64,000 nucleotides of DNA, taken from contig NW_027361840.1 in the NCBI RefSeq assembly GCF_039654945.1, forward strand, positions 10,664,001 through 10,728,000, read 5' to 3'. The stretch is from Dendrobates tinctorius. Taxonomy: Eukaryota. The position numbers were made by a program, and so were the translations under genes. Position 1 is the stretch's first letter. Each line of letters begins with the position of its first letter. Under the pieces are notes generated by a model. The model searched no databases. It had not been told where the DNA came from and was given only the letters and a program-made list of their open reading frames with translations. Positions 12,501-26,100 of the stretch are shown in pieces.

Positions 12501-15500
12501 CTCCCGACCATCTATACACCATAGAGTCTATAGGGATGTCCTGTGTACATCACTGGTGCTGCGCAGGATGCTGCTATCAGATCCCCAGGACCCCCCGATA
12601 TAGGACCCCCAGATACAGGGCTCCCCCATACAGAACCCCCCTCCCCCCGCATCCAGTCCTCCCGACCATCTATACATCATAGTCTATAGGGATGTCTTGT
12701 GTACATCACTGGTGCTGCGCAGGATGCTGCTATCAGATCCCCAGGACCCCCGATATAGGACCCCCAGATACAGGGCTCCCCCATACAGAACCCCCCTCCC
12801 CCCCGCATCCAGTCCTCCCGACCATCTATACACCATAGTCTATAGGGATGTCTTGTGTACATCACTGGTGCTTCGCAGGATGCTGCTATCAGATCCCCAG
12901 GACCCCCAGATACAGGGCTCTCCCATGCAGAACAACCCCCTCCCCCCACCTCCCGTATATACAGCTCTGGCAAAAATTAAGAGACCACTGTAAAATTGTT
13001 CAGTTTCTCTGATTTTCCTCTTTATACTTTTGAGTAAAATGTACATTTCTCTTTTATTCTATAAACTGCTGACATTCCAAGCAATACATTTTGTATTTAT
13101 TTTCAGAAAATGAGAAATGGTCAAAATAACAAACAAATGCAGAGTGCTTGTAGACCTCAAATAATGCTAAGAAAACAAGTCCATAATCATTTAGAAACAA
13201 CAATACTAATGTTTTACCTCAGGAAGAGTTCAGAGATCAATATTCTGTTGGATCCCCATGATTGTTAATCCCAGCTTTCCTGCGTCTTGGCTGCTTTCCT
13301 CCAGACTCTCACACGGCTTTTGGGTGACCTTATGCCGCTCCTGGGACACGCATGTCAGCAGTTCTTCTTTGTCTGATGGCTTGTGACTCTCCATCTTCCT
13401 CCTGATTACGTTCCAGAGGTTCTCAGTGGGGTTCAGGTCTGGAGATTGGGCGGCCATGACAGGGATTGGATGTGGTGGTCCTTCATCCACACATTGACTG
13501 ACCTAGCTGTGTGGCATGGCGCATTGTCCTCAGAGTTGGGGAACATTGCCTGAGCAGAAGGAATCGGCTGTTTTTCCAGGATAACCTTGTATGCGGCTTG
13601 ATTCATACGTCCTTCACAAAGATTAACCTGCCCAATTCCAGCCTTGCTGAAGCATCTCCAGTGGTTGATACCTTTTCATGGCTAACTGAAAAGATGGTAA
13701 GACATTGCAGCTTTCGAGATTACTCAGGTCTCTTCATCAGGCTATAGACTAATACAAAATCTGAAGAATCACATAATTATACGCAACACAGCACAGAAAA
13801 AATGCAATAGATAAGACAAGTGACGTGAAGCAGAGCTATCATTATGGGAGAGGGAGAAACATAAATATTGGACCAGTTCGTAGATAAGAAGTCTGGATGT
13901 TTTATTGTCTTCTGATTGCGGTCGCCTAATGTGTTGTGATGCCCCCACAAGGTCTTAGGAGCAAATTCCTTAATTGATGTAAAAAGACATAAATCCATGC
14001 GACACATTCATTCCAGCATTGAGTGTGTCAAAGGTCGGCATGAGGTTGTACTCCTCTCTCTCTGAGATATGAAGTTACTTTTCAATACCAGTAATTTCAT
14101 ATCCATGGTGTTGTGATCAGGGATACAAATAGGAAAGTTGTGATTCTGTCTGCAAACATCTGGAGAGGTAAAGGACTTAACAAAAAGACAAGGAATACGT
14201 ATGAAGTGGCGCAAAATAAATAGTGAATGAGGAGCAAACAAAAAGAGCAAATGACTCCAGAAAAGCAGAGAATCGGCAGCAATGGATCAGCCAATGTGTA
14301 TAGGGCGCTATCTGTAGGCTCCTCTGTCCAGAACACTGTAATGTACAGGTCTCTGGTGCAAGAATCCCCCTCCCGTCACCCGTCAGACGTTTTGGACTGA
14401 TAATGAGCGTTCTTTATATTGCTATATTTGTAAAATGCAACTATTTAGTTCATCTTTGTTACACAGCGTCAAATTATATAGTAAATAAAGTCCACATCTT
14501 GTGATATATAAGACCAGGAATTAATTTAAGCTTTTCTGCAGTGATGCTCCTCCTTCCTGCAAAAAAAAATATATATACAGTACAGACCAAAAGTTTGCAC
14601 ACACCTTCTCATTCAAAGAGTTTTCTTTATTTTCATGACTATGAAAATTGTGGATTCACTCTGAAGGCCTCAAAACTATGAATTACCACATGTGGAATTA
14701 TATAATTAACAAAACAGTGTGAAACAACTGAAAATATGTCTTATATTCTAGGTTCTTCAAAGTAGCCACCTTTTGCTTTGGTTACTGCTTTGCACACTCT
14801 TGGTATTCTCTTGATGAGCGTCAAGTGGTAGTCACCAGAAATGGTCTTCCAACAGTCTTGAAGGAGTTCCCAGAGATACTTATCACTTGTTGGTCCTTTT
14901 GCCTTCACTCTGCGGTCCAGCTCACCCCAAACCATCTCGATTGGGTTCAGGTCTGGTGACTGTGGAGGCCAGGTCATCTGGCGTAGCACCCCATCACTCT
15001 CCTTCTTGGTCAAATAGCCCTTACACAGCCTGGAGGTGTGTTTGAGGCCATTGTCCTGTTGAAAAATAAATGATGGTCCAACTAAACACAAACCCGATGG
15101 AATAGCATGCTGCTGCAAGATGCTGTGGTAGCCATGCTGGTTCAATATGCCTTCAATTTTGAATAAATCCCCAACAGTATCACCAGCAAAGCCCCCCCCA
15201 CACCATCACACCACCTTCTCCATGCTTCACGGTGGGAACCAGGCATGTAGAGTCCATCCGTTCACCTTTTCTGCGTCGCACAAAGACATGGTGGTTGGAA
15301 CCAAAGATCTCAAATTTGGACTCGTCAGACCAAAGCACAGATTTCCACTGGTCTAATGTCCATTCCTTGTGTTCTTTAGCCCAAACAAGTCTCTTCTGCT
15401 TTTTGCCTGTCCTTTTTGCTGCAGTGGTTTCCTAGCAGCTATTTTACCATGAAGGCCTGCTGCACAAAGTCTCCTCTTAACAGTTGTTGTAGAGATGTGT

Positions 15501-18500
15501 CTGCTGCTAGAACTCTGTGTGGCACTGACCTGGTCTCTAATCTGAGCTGCTGTTACCTGAGATTTCTGAGGCTGGTGACTCGAATGAACTTATCCTCCGC
15601 AGCAGAGGTGACTCTTGGTCTTCCTTTCCTGGGGCGGTCCTCATGTGAGCCAGTTTCTTTGTAGGGCTTGATGGTTTTTGCCACTGCACTTGGGGACACT
15701 TTCAAAGTTTTCCCAATTTTTCAGACTGACTGACCTTCATTTCTTAAAGTAATGATGGTCACTCGTTTTTCTTTACTCAGCTGCTTTTTTATTGCCATAA
15801 TACAAATTCTAACAGTCTATTCAGTAGGACTATCAGCTGTGCATCCACCAGACTTCTGCACAGCACAACTGATGGTCCCAACCCCATTTATAAGGCAAGA
15901 AATCCCACTTATTAAACCTGACAGGGCACACCTGTGAAGTGAAAACCATTTCCGGTGACTACCTCTTGAAGCTCATCAAGAGAATGCCAAGAGTGTGCAA
16001 AGCAGAAATCAAAGCAAAAGGTGGCTACTTTGAAGAACCTAGAATATAAGACACATATTTTCAGTTGTTTCACACTTTTTTGTTAATTATATAATTCCAC
16101 ATGTGCTAATTCATAGTTTTGATGCCTTCAGAGTGAATCTACAATTTTCATAGTCATGAAAATAAAGAAAACTCTTTGAATAAGGTGTGTCCAAACTTTT
16201 GGTCTGTACTGTGTGTGTATGTGTATATAATTTAGATTGTGGTTTGAGCGTCTGTTGTCGTCACTGTAATATATTCAGTTATCCATGTTCCGATTCCCAA
16301 TATGACATTTTAAAGACAGCAGCTCCTTTTTAGATTTGATTTTAAGAAACATGTTTACTGGATGAATTACATTTACTATAATCAACAGAGGTTTATGAAT
16401 TACACTAGAGATGCAATAAGGGGAATAGCAGATCCAGCTAGGCCCAACACCTTCCACTAACACAATAGAATGTGAATACTCCCCCAAGAATTGACAAGGT
16501 TGAGAACAAAGGTACTGTCACACTTAGCGATGCACCAGCGATAGGACGCGGTCAGGATCGCTGGTATATCGCTAGGTGGTCGCTAGTGAGCTGCCACACA
16601 GGCAGATCTCACCAGCGACATCGCTGGGGTCGGGGGTCGCTACTTACCTGTCAGACGCGGCGATCCTGACGTCCTCCCGCCCGCGTCCATGCGTCGCTCG
16701 TCGGCGCCACAGGAAGCCCAGCAGGAAGCTGACGACAAGAAATGATCCAGGACCTTCTCGTGCGACCAGCGATGAGCAGCGGGGGAGCCGGTCGGAGGTA
16801 AGTATCAGACATAGCGATATCGCTAGCAATATCGCTGCTACGTCACAAAATCGGTGAAATTACAGCGATATTGCTAGCGATATCGCAGTGTGTAACGGGG
16901 GCTTTAGGGTCTCGCTCTTAATACTCCTATGGAACATTTCCTAGATGAGCTCTCAGAGAAGAGATCACCTCTCACCTAATCTCTGCTATTCTTGCATCTC
17001 ATGATTCATGTAACTGAAGGACATATCACGAGTTCCACGTAGGCCTAATGTAGATGAGTACATAGTCTTAGAATTAGATGAATCACCATAGATAAAGGGG
17101 CTTTGAACCCTTAGTAAGACAGGTTAATGAGGCTAATGCTAGGGTATTGTATAACCAATACCTGTTTACATCTTTTTCTGGAAATTCCTGAGTGTATCTA
17201 ATAATTAACAGCCGAAGACAATCTGATTGGTTGCCGAATATGAATGTGATTGGGTGGAACCATTTATGCTTACCTTTGATAATTAACTGACCAATGAAAT
17301 ATGATGCAATGTTAACACCCACCAGAAAGGGTATATAGGACCACACCTTTTCATTAAATGTGGTGCTTGGACAGCATCCTTGATACAGATACACCCTGTC
17401 TCTGTGTTGATCTGTCACCTTGCCCGGGCAACAAGCTATCAATCTGGCTACCATTTGGTATGGCTAAAAGATCTCCCGTTGAGAGATAAAGATCAAAGTC
17501 ATCAATATTGTGCTGACAACAGCAACCAACTATAACCCCCCCCCCCCCCCCCAAACAACTGCAGTGTAAAGCATGGAGGAACAGCGGCAGTTAGAGCCTT
17601 TGCTAAGGCAGCAGGTAGATTTCAGACTTTGCCCCACTGGAATAGAGCTGCAGTGTGAAGCATGGAAGAAGCACTGCCTGACTGCCTCTGATAAGACTGA
17701 TGATGGAGTCCATTATTTTCTGCCTGATCGTTTGTAGATTACAATGAAAAACTATGACAATCTCTTCTCATTTATTACAAAATTCACAATATCAATAATG
17801 CAAAAATTACTGAAATTCCTCTTCAATTATTTTTATTTTATAGAGGTCTGAGCTCTATTTTTTCCAGCACAGAACTCCAAATCCACCCACATTCAGTTGC
17901 ATAACTGTCTTTCTGCAGCCACCACTAGGGGGAGCGCCCCGTGTACTGTTAATATGGAATAATGATATAGCCATTGTGCAGGGAGCTCCCCCTAATGGTG
18001 GCTGTGGGAAGGTAGAATATTAAGAATTTGTCTGTGCAATAGACTTGGAGCTTTGTTTCTGGGGAAAAAAAAGAGCTAAGAATAATTTATTATGAGGGTT
18101 TGATGCTTTGAGATGGAAGACTGATGCATCCTTTACCACCCTGAAACTTACATCAGCCCTAATATCAATGCCTTTTAAACCATTGCAGATCGACTTCTTG
18201 TTTTATGCAATGGTTGTGCATTTGGGCACTAAGTAAGGCTATGTTTACACATTGCATTTTTCTTTCTGCAGGCAAAACCTGCTCTCTTTGCAGTAAAGAA
18301 ACTGCTTACAAAAAAGTAGCTTAAGTTGCGGTTTTCCTGCAATTTTTTGTTGTCTCATAAAGTTTGGTGTAACCCCCCCCCCCCCCACACACACACACAC
18401 AAAAAAAAAAACATGATGCAACTTCCTTACATTTTTGCACTTGCTGATTGTTTTCTATTGGTTAGAAAAAGCACTGAAAATACTCTGAAGGAGGTGACAT

Positions 18501-21500
18501 GTTGCAGTTTAGGCCTGTTTCACACTTCCGTTTTTGTGTCCGCCAAACGGATCCGTTTCCGTTTTTTTGACGGAAACTGATGCAAACGGATCCGTTTTTA
18601 AAAAAACGGATCCGTTTTTTTGACGGATCCGCGGTAACCACTAATGGAAGTCTATGGGACAAAAAAACGGATCCTGCAAAAAAATGGCGGATCCGTTTTT
18701 TTACGGAAACCAACGGATTTTGACGGATTTGAAAAAACGGAAGTGTGAAACAGGCCTTACTAAAACGCAGCAGTTTTCCAAATCAGTCAGGAAAAAAAAA
18801 TGAAGTGTGCATGAGATTTCTGAAATCTCACATATTTTCCTGGTTTCCTGTTAACGAAGCTTAAAACGTGGATTAAAAAACGCATTAAAAACGCACCGTG
18901 TGAACATGAAAAAACCTCTTGGAAGTAGGTTTAGGCTCTCTTGCATGATACAAAGTTATTGATGTGCAGTTGTACTGCACAATTACCATTCCTGAGATCA
19001 CTGATGTCCCGATAATTGTGCACTGTAATTGGGCTGCTCCGATCAGCCGACGCGCAAGCAAGACATTCATTCGTTGGGTGAAATCTTTGGCGTGCACAAA
19101 ACACCATTGTCCCGTGTGACCAGTATAGTCTGAAACTGTTCTCGGCAGCACATCGTCCTGTATAACCATTATAGTCTGAAATTGTTCTCGGCAGCGCATA
19201 ACCTGTGTGACCAGTATAGCCTGAAATTGTTCTCGGCAGCACATCATCCTGTGTGACCAGTATAGCCTGAAATTGTTCTCGGCAGCACATTGTCCTGTGT
19301 GACCAGTATAGCCTGAAATTGTTCTCGGCAGCACATCATCCTGTGTGACCAGTATAGCCTGAAATTGTTCTCGGCAGCACATTGTCCTGTGTGACCAGTA
19401 GAGCCTGAAATCGTTCTCGGCAGCACATGTGCACTGAATCGCTGATTGCTAAATTTCTGTCGAGTGGCGGTTGGTAAATTCATAATGTAATCAGATGCCT
19501 GTTTTGCGGAGCACGGGAACTTCTCTAGTCCCAGTCGGAGCTGTATTCACAATTCTTCCACTCTTACATCGCTGCTTTCTGCCCGGGTCTATGCCATCCT
19601 TTCCTGGCCGCAGCCCTTGCCGACTCATCCTCTGCTGATGCGCCTTATTGTGGGAGCAAAAGTTCTGGAACACATGAAATGTAAATCACTATAGGAGAGA
19701 GGAAAAAAATTGTGTTTGGCTTCTTTGTTCAGGTGCACGGTTATATGCACAGTCCTTTAATAAAGTTTAATTTTGGAGTCCATGCATAAAAGAAAAGACC
19801 GACTAATATTCGTTTCCCCACCAACATTGGATTACCGTTATACTTGTGTGTCCCTTGTCTTACACATGTTTATTATACTTGTCTATATTTCCCCTTTTCA
19901 CATGTAAAGCGCCATGGAATAAATGGCGCTATATAAATGCATAATAATACTGAAAAAATAGACCACGCTTAACTTGCTTGTTTTTTGTTTTTTTTTGCAA
20001 GAGAGTTGTAGCTTGCTGAACCGCATTAGGCAACATGGCTGCTTTGTTGAAGAAATGGCGCTGCACCTGTCCCCGGGCCGCCTGTAGTGTTGCCTCCGTG
20101 TCCCCGGGCCGCCTGTAGTGTTGCCTCCGTGTCCCCCGGGCCGCCTGTAGTGTTGCCTCCGTGTCCCCCGGGCCGCCTGTAGTGTTGCCTCCGTGTCCCC
20201 CGGGCCGCCTGTAGTGTTGCCTCCGTGTCCCCCGGGCCGCCTGTAGTGTTGCCTCCGTGTCCCCCGGGCCGCCTGTAGTGTTGCCTCCGTGTCCCCCGGG
20301 CCGCCTGTAGTGTTGCCGCCGTGTCCCCCGGGCCGCCTGTAGTGTTGCCGCCGTGTCCCCCGGGCCGCCTGTAGTGTTGCCGCCGTGTCCCCCGGGCCGC
20401 CTGTAGTGTTGCCGCCGTGTCCCCCGGGCCGCCTGTAGTGTTGCCTCCGTGTCCCCCGGGCCGCCTGTAGTGTTGCCTCCGTGTCCCCCGGGCCGCCTGT
20501 AGTGTTGCCGCCGTGTCCCCCGGGCCGCCTGTAGTGTTGCCGCCGTGTCCCCCGGGCCGCCTGTAGTGTTGCCGCCGTGTCCCCCGGGCCGCCTGTAGTG
20601 TTGCCGCCGTGTCCCCCGGGCCGCCTGTAGTGTTGCCGCCGTGTCCCCCGGGCCGCCTGTAGTGTTGCCGCCGTGTCCCCCGGGCCGCCTGTAGTGTTGC
20701 CGCCGTGTCCCCCGGGCCGCCTGTAGTGTTGCCTCCGTCCCATTCACGTCAGTGTACCTGAGCTACAATGTTCGACACAATCTGTGAACTGTCCTTAGAT
20801 CAGCGGCTTATGAGGAAACCGAAGATGCCTCAATCTGATAACTCCTGAGGCTCGGATGCATCAGGGATGGACGTGTTTGACACCCGTGATTTAGAGAGGT
20901 GTGGTGTATGATTTCGGTGCAGGACGGTGCCTTATACAAGGGTGGAGACAGGCGATACAATATAAACATTAATTTACCATCTCGGCACATAGATTATGCC
21001 AAAATGAACATCCAGAGTATATAAAGTGACTTGCTTGTTTAGGTGTCCTCACGGTACCTTATCTGTAAGGCTGTGTTCACACGGGGGATTTTTTGTTTAG
21101 CTTGTGAATCGCGTCCAAACACTGAGCTGCAATTGTCTCTCTTTGATGTTACCATGCTGTGCTGTAATATAAGCTTGTAGGCTGCAAAGGAAAGCGGAGA
21201 CCCCACTGCAGACACTGAAATTATTATTTATCGCCATTGGTTCCATGGTGCTGTATATGAGACGGGGTTACATACAAAGTACAGATAACACTTACAGTAA
21301 ACTAACAATCACAGACTGATACCCTCCCCTTTCGGGCTTACATTCTACAGGGCAGCAGATGCAAGGCATTAAGATGCGAGACTCGTCCAAGTTTCTCGCA
21401 TGTGTGATCCCCCGGCCTTAGAAAAAGTAGAGCATGGAGCCGTTTTTTTTTTTTTTTTTTTGCTGCAAAAATATAGGTTAATTGCCAGAAAATGGGCGTT

Positions 21501-22734
21501 TTCAGTGAGTGGCATTGTATTATGCTGTGTGCCATTTAGATAAATTTCCGCCATGTTTGCCACCACAGAAAATAATCCATTTTCAGTCTCTACTGAAAAT
21601 TCTCCCTTGTGTCAGTATTTGCCTTACGTAAGTTTAGGACCTGGATCATTGGAAGTCTCCATTTAGAAGGATTTAGGTAGTTAGGTTTGTTGCTTGTTCC
21701 CAGTTGAGTTGTAACATCTTCAAACAGGATTTCCTTGATGATTCTGGAAGGATACGGCCATGAGAATATTTCCTCTGCAGCTGCTGGTATGAGAACGCGG
21801 GATGTGTGGGAGGGGATATGCATATCAGCACATCTTATTAAAGAGGCGCTCCCATCAAAGTTTTTATCCTCTTAATATCTTGCAATCATCATATTATACA
21901 GCACTGTGTACTTACAATTGCTTGTTTTGCCTTTCTACCCAGATAATTATTTTCTTTGATCCCTCTCCCCTGCTAGGGACTTTTTCAGTGATGCATGTAG
22001 GGATCAGTGAACCCAAACTGTAAAGTCCGAGGTTCGTACCAGACACCCAGTGTCCGGTAACAAATACTGACTTCATACTGTATGTTTGTGTTACTGTTCA
22101 GGTTTGGCAGCCTAATAAAGCTTGTTGAAAGGCAGCGCAGCTGACAGCTGTGAACTGACAGCTGTGAACTGGACTTATTATGCTGGGAAAGGGACAATAT
22201 CCGTGGACCTTCCCAGCCTATTATCATCCCCACCTGTCTGCTTTGCCTTTGCATTTTTATTAAATATGGGGGGACCCTAAAAATAAAATGTGGTGTCCCT
22301 TTTTTTTTTTTTTTTCTGAATTTCCAGTTTTCACCCATTTATTAAAAAAAAATCCACATAGGTCCGCAGTAATCCAAATGAAGGTCCTGCGATGATACCA
22401 GTCTTCATCCTTTTGTATGAAGCTTTGTTCAGAGAAGCCTCTTCCGGGTCTCGCTCTGTACTCCACAAGACCCGGCTGCTGTGAACTGAGATGACGTCAC
22501 TGCTCATCAGTCCGACACTCGCTCTGCCCTTTTGAGAACTGACACCTGTGAACTGAAGTAACGTTACTGACATCGCCTCAGTGAGCAGAAGCCGGGTCTT
22601 GCGGAGTACAGTGTGATGCAGTGGCTGTTGCTTCAGTGTATGGAGCTTCGCGCTCTAAACGGAGCTCCATAAACTGGATGAAGAAGGCAGGGACTGTTGT
22701 GGGACCTCCATATGATGGTGGATCGGTGTGTGTG

Positions 22735-22765
<31 letters not shown>

Positions 22766-23095
22766 GTGAAAGAGGAAAATTGTCGGAGTTATTTTTTTTT
22801 TAAATAAAGGACTTTTGAATGTGTTTGTCGACTACGGGGTTAATAATGGGGTTGTTTGAAAGACGCATCTCCATTACTAACCCAAGTGTTTGATGTAAGC
22901 TGTTGACATCGACCCCGATTTGGCAATTGGGAAGAGCCGAGGCTCAATTTCTGGTGCGGCTAAGGTCTGGTTTTATTGGACTGGGAAGGGGCCAATATCC
23001 TTGGCTTTTCCCTGCCTTTTAATATCAGCCCCTGCCTGTGTGCCTTGCCCTAGCTTATTAATAAAAATAATTTAAAAAAAAAATGGGGAGACCCC

Positions 23096-23127
<32 letters not shown>

Positions 23128-26100
23128 TCTTTTTTTTCTTTTTTTTCCCCCATTTGTCCAACCATATTTAATAATCAGCAAAGCAGACAGTTGGGTCTGA
23201 TATTACAAGTCCTAGAGGGTCCATAGATAATGTTCCCTTCTCAACATAATAAGTACAGCTCAGAGCCGACTGCTTTCCCTTAGTTTTTTATAAGAATAGG
23301 GGGGACACCACGTTGTTTTTTTAGTTTTTTATTAACAAGTACAGTAAAAATGCACACGCAGGGCGCTGCTCCATTCCTCTACTTGGATCTCCACCTCCCC
23401 GTTTAAGATAATTTTAAAGTTATTTTCTTATCCACATTTCTTTGCAGGGCGATTGTCCTGCTTTTACCCCCTTTTTGCTTCCTTTTTTCAGCCCCGTACC
23501 TCTTACTACGACCATTTTACAGCACTAAAGTTCGGGTCCCCATAGACTTGTATGGGTTTCGGTTCCCAAACTTACCTTTGGAATCAAGTTGGGCTGAACC
23601 GAAATTTCCATGGGTCCGCTCATCCCTACTCGTGGTTTATAGAGGGGAAAACCTCCTGTTTCTACATAGAGCTTAGAACGATTCGGCTCATCTGTTTTTA
23701 ATTATGTGATGTCATATTCATAATGGAAAATAGAAGAATTAGCTTGGAAGAAAGGTGAAATAAGTAATAGTGTATACATGGTGCTGTATATATTGAGAGT
23801 CTAAACACTTTGATGGGAGGAGTGCTTCTTTATTACTGGAGAAGACTCTAATGAATCGCTGAGATGACGAGAAAATATTAGAATTTGAGCGTCCTCAGTG
23901 GTTGATGCCTTTTAATGCTGAACTGAAAAGATGGTAACACATTGCAGATCTCTTCATCAGGCAGAGAATAATACAAAATCCGAGAGGACGAGAAAAATTC
24001 CCAAGGAGCTCATTGGCCACATCAGCCTGAACTGTACACTGATTGGCCTTGTTTATTGCAACAGTAATCCTGATAAATCTAAGTAGTTGACATTGTGTCT
24101 TTTGGCTCAAAAAAAGCAACAAGGAACCAAAGTTGATGGTTTTTGTAGACCCTGATACCTTCGATTATAGAGACAGTGTAGTCGTGGCCGGAGAGCGCAA
24201 AATACACACTTGGATTTGACCGAACGGCTGCGAACAAAGAAATGTTGCCGTGCAGAGTCCACACCAAGACACGGGAGAAGATGACCCCTCCTGGGCAAAA
24301 ACATCTTTCAAGGCCACCCTTTAAAATATATTTTTCATTTTGCGCCTTCATATCATATTTTTTTTTATTGCCTATGCCCTTCTTCCAAGCGCCATAACGT
24401 TTATTCCTCTGTCCACATAGCCTTATGAGGTTTTTTTCCCCCTTGCAAACTTGAATGGCACCATTCGCTTTCTACTCTTTTCACACACAAAAAAACAAAC
24501 TTTTGTTCAGTATGATTATAGCCATACCAAAGCTTTATTGTTTATTTTATTAATTTAACCCCCCCCCCCAAAAAAAAATAAAAAAATAGTGTAAAAAATG
24601 GTGTCACCATTTGCTGATAAATGGAACTTTCTGAAACTTATCTACTAGATGGTGGCCCGATTCTATCGCATCGGGTATTCTAGAGTCTCTGTTAAAATAA
24701 AAAATAGTGATATACTCGCCTTCCGACAGCCCCCGGACTCTGTCCCGCCTCTCACCACGCTCCCGGCATCTTCCGGTCCCAGTAATGCTTTGTGCGAAAC
24801 ACCGCTGATGACGTCGCGCTCTCGCAAGAGTGACTTCATCTCCGGCCCTTCTCGCTAATAATTACTGGGACCGGAAGATGTATTGTACTCCAGTTACTCC
24901 CAGAGCTGCAGTCACCGTTCTGCTCTTACCTAATGCATTATACTCCAGTTACACCCAGAGCTGCAGTCACTTTTCTGCTGTTACCTAATGTATTGTACTC
25001 CAGTTACACGCAGAGCTGCAGTCACTTTTCTGCTGTTACCTAATGTATTGTACTCCAGAATATGTACAGGACTGTGTCTGTGTAATGAGCAACGCAGCAG
25101 TGATGCCTTTAGCGGCTGTAATGTGCCTGTACAATAAGCAATGCAGCCGTGTTGCCGCGACCACTAAGCAATTGTCGCTGATTGGTCGCGGCCTATCTGC
25201 CGCGACCAATCAGCAAGGCAGGATTTCCATGACAGACAGACAGAATTAGACAATTATATAGTAGATGGAGCTATGTGAGGTCTTACTTTTTTACGTGGTA
25301 CCATTTTTGGATATGTGCAATGTTTTGATCATTTTATTGCTTGGTTACTTTTTAGTTAGAAAAAAAAATTCTAGTGTGTGTGGTGTTTGTTTGTTTTTTT
25401 TTTGTTTTTTTTGGGGGGGGGGTAGACTTAACTAGTTTTTAAATTATAGTTGTTGTTGTTATTATTGCGCCATTTGTTCCATGGTGTTTTAAATTTGAAA
25501 AGAGGTCTACATAATAAAGACATGTACATAATCTTGAACCAAATGAGTGAGAGTGGTACAGGAGGAGGGAGGACCCTGCCCGCGAGGGCTCGGTCTATAA
25601 GAATATTCTGTATTGTGCCCCCTTAAGGAATTGCTATCTTTATTATGCAGAAAACGAAGGTAATTGCATGTGAAGACCAGCCACAGTCTGGGCTTAAAAA
25701 TATTTCCAAGACCGTGCTGATGCCTCAAATGGCATGGTAGCTCATCAACACCCCACAATTGTCACATAGTAGTGGGGGAGGACAGCTGTCTCCTGAACAG
25801 ATCCTGGTCTGCTTTAATCCATTTAAAGTGAACCTGTGACATCATTTCAAGCATCTAAACCAGACCTGGGCAAAGTGCGCACCATGCCTGCCCGCTCGAT
25901 GTCTCCATCTGCACTGACTGCGTTGCTGGAACAGGAGCCACTTCCTCCACCTATCAGCGTGTGAAACAGCCGACACGATAACGTGTCAGCTGTATACTAC
26001 AAAGAGTCAGCGCACCAGAAACGCTGAGACAGGAGCAGAGCGCGGGGGAACTTGACAGAGGTGAGTATGTGGTGTGTTTTTATAATATATTATAATATAG

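Noticed and set aside
19898-20747. Long repetitive ORFs of 272-281 aa
   Set aside because: Stop-free 32-bp GC-rich VNTR, open in several frames
26040-26068. Strong donor-like GAG|GTGAGT in intron 1 as an extra exon
   Set aside because: Lies in a MITE arm with no convincing acceptor or coding frame; exon 1 already joins exon 2 in phase
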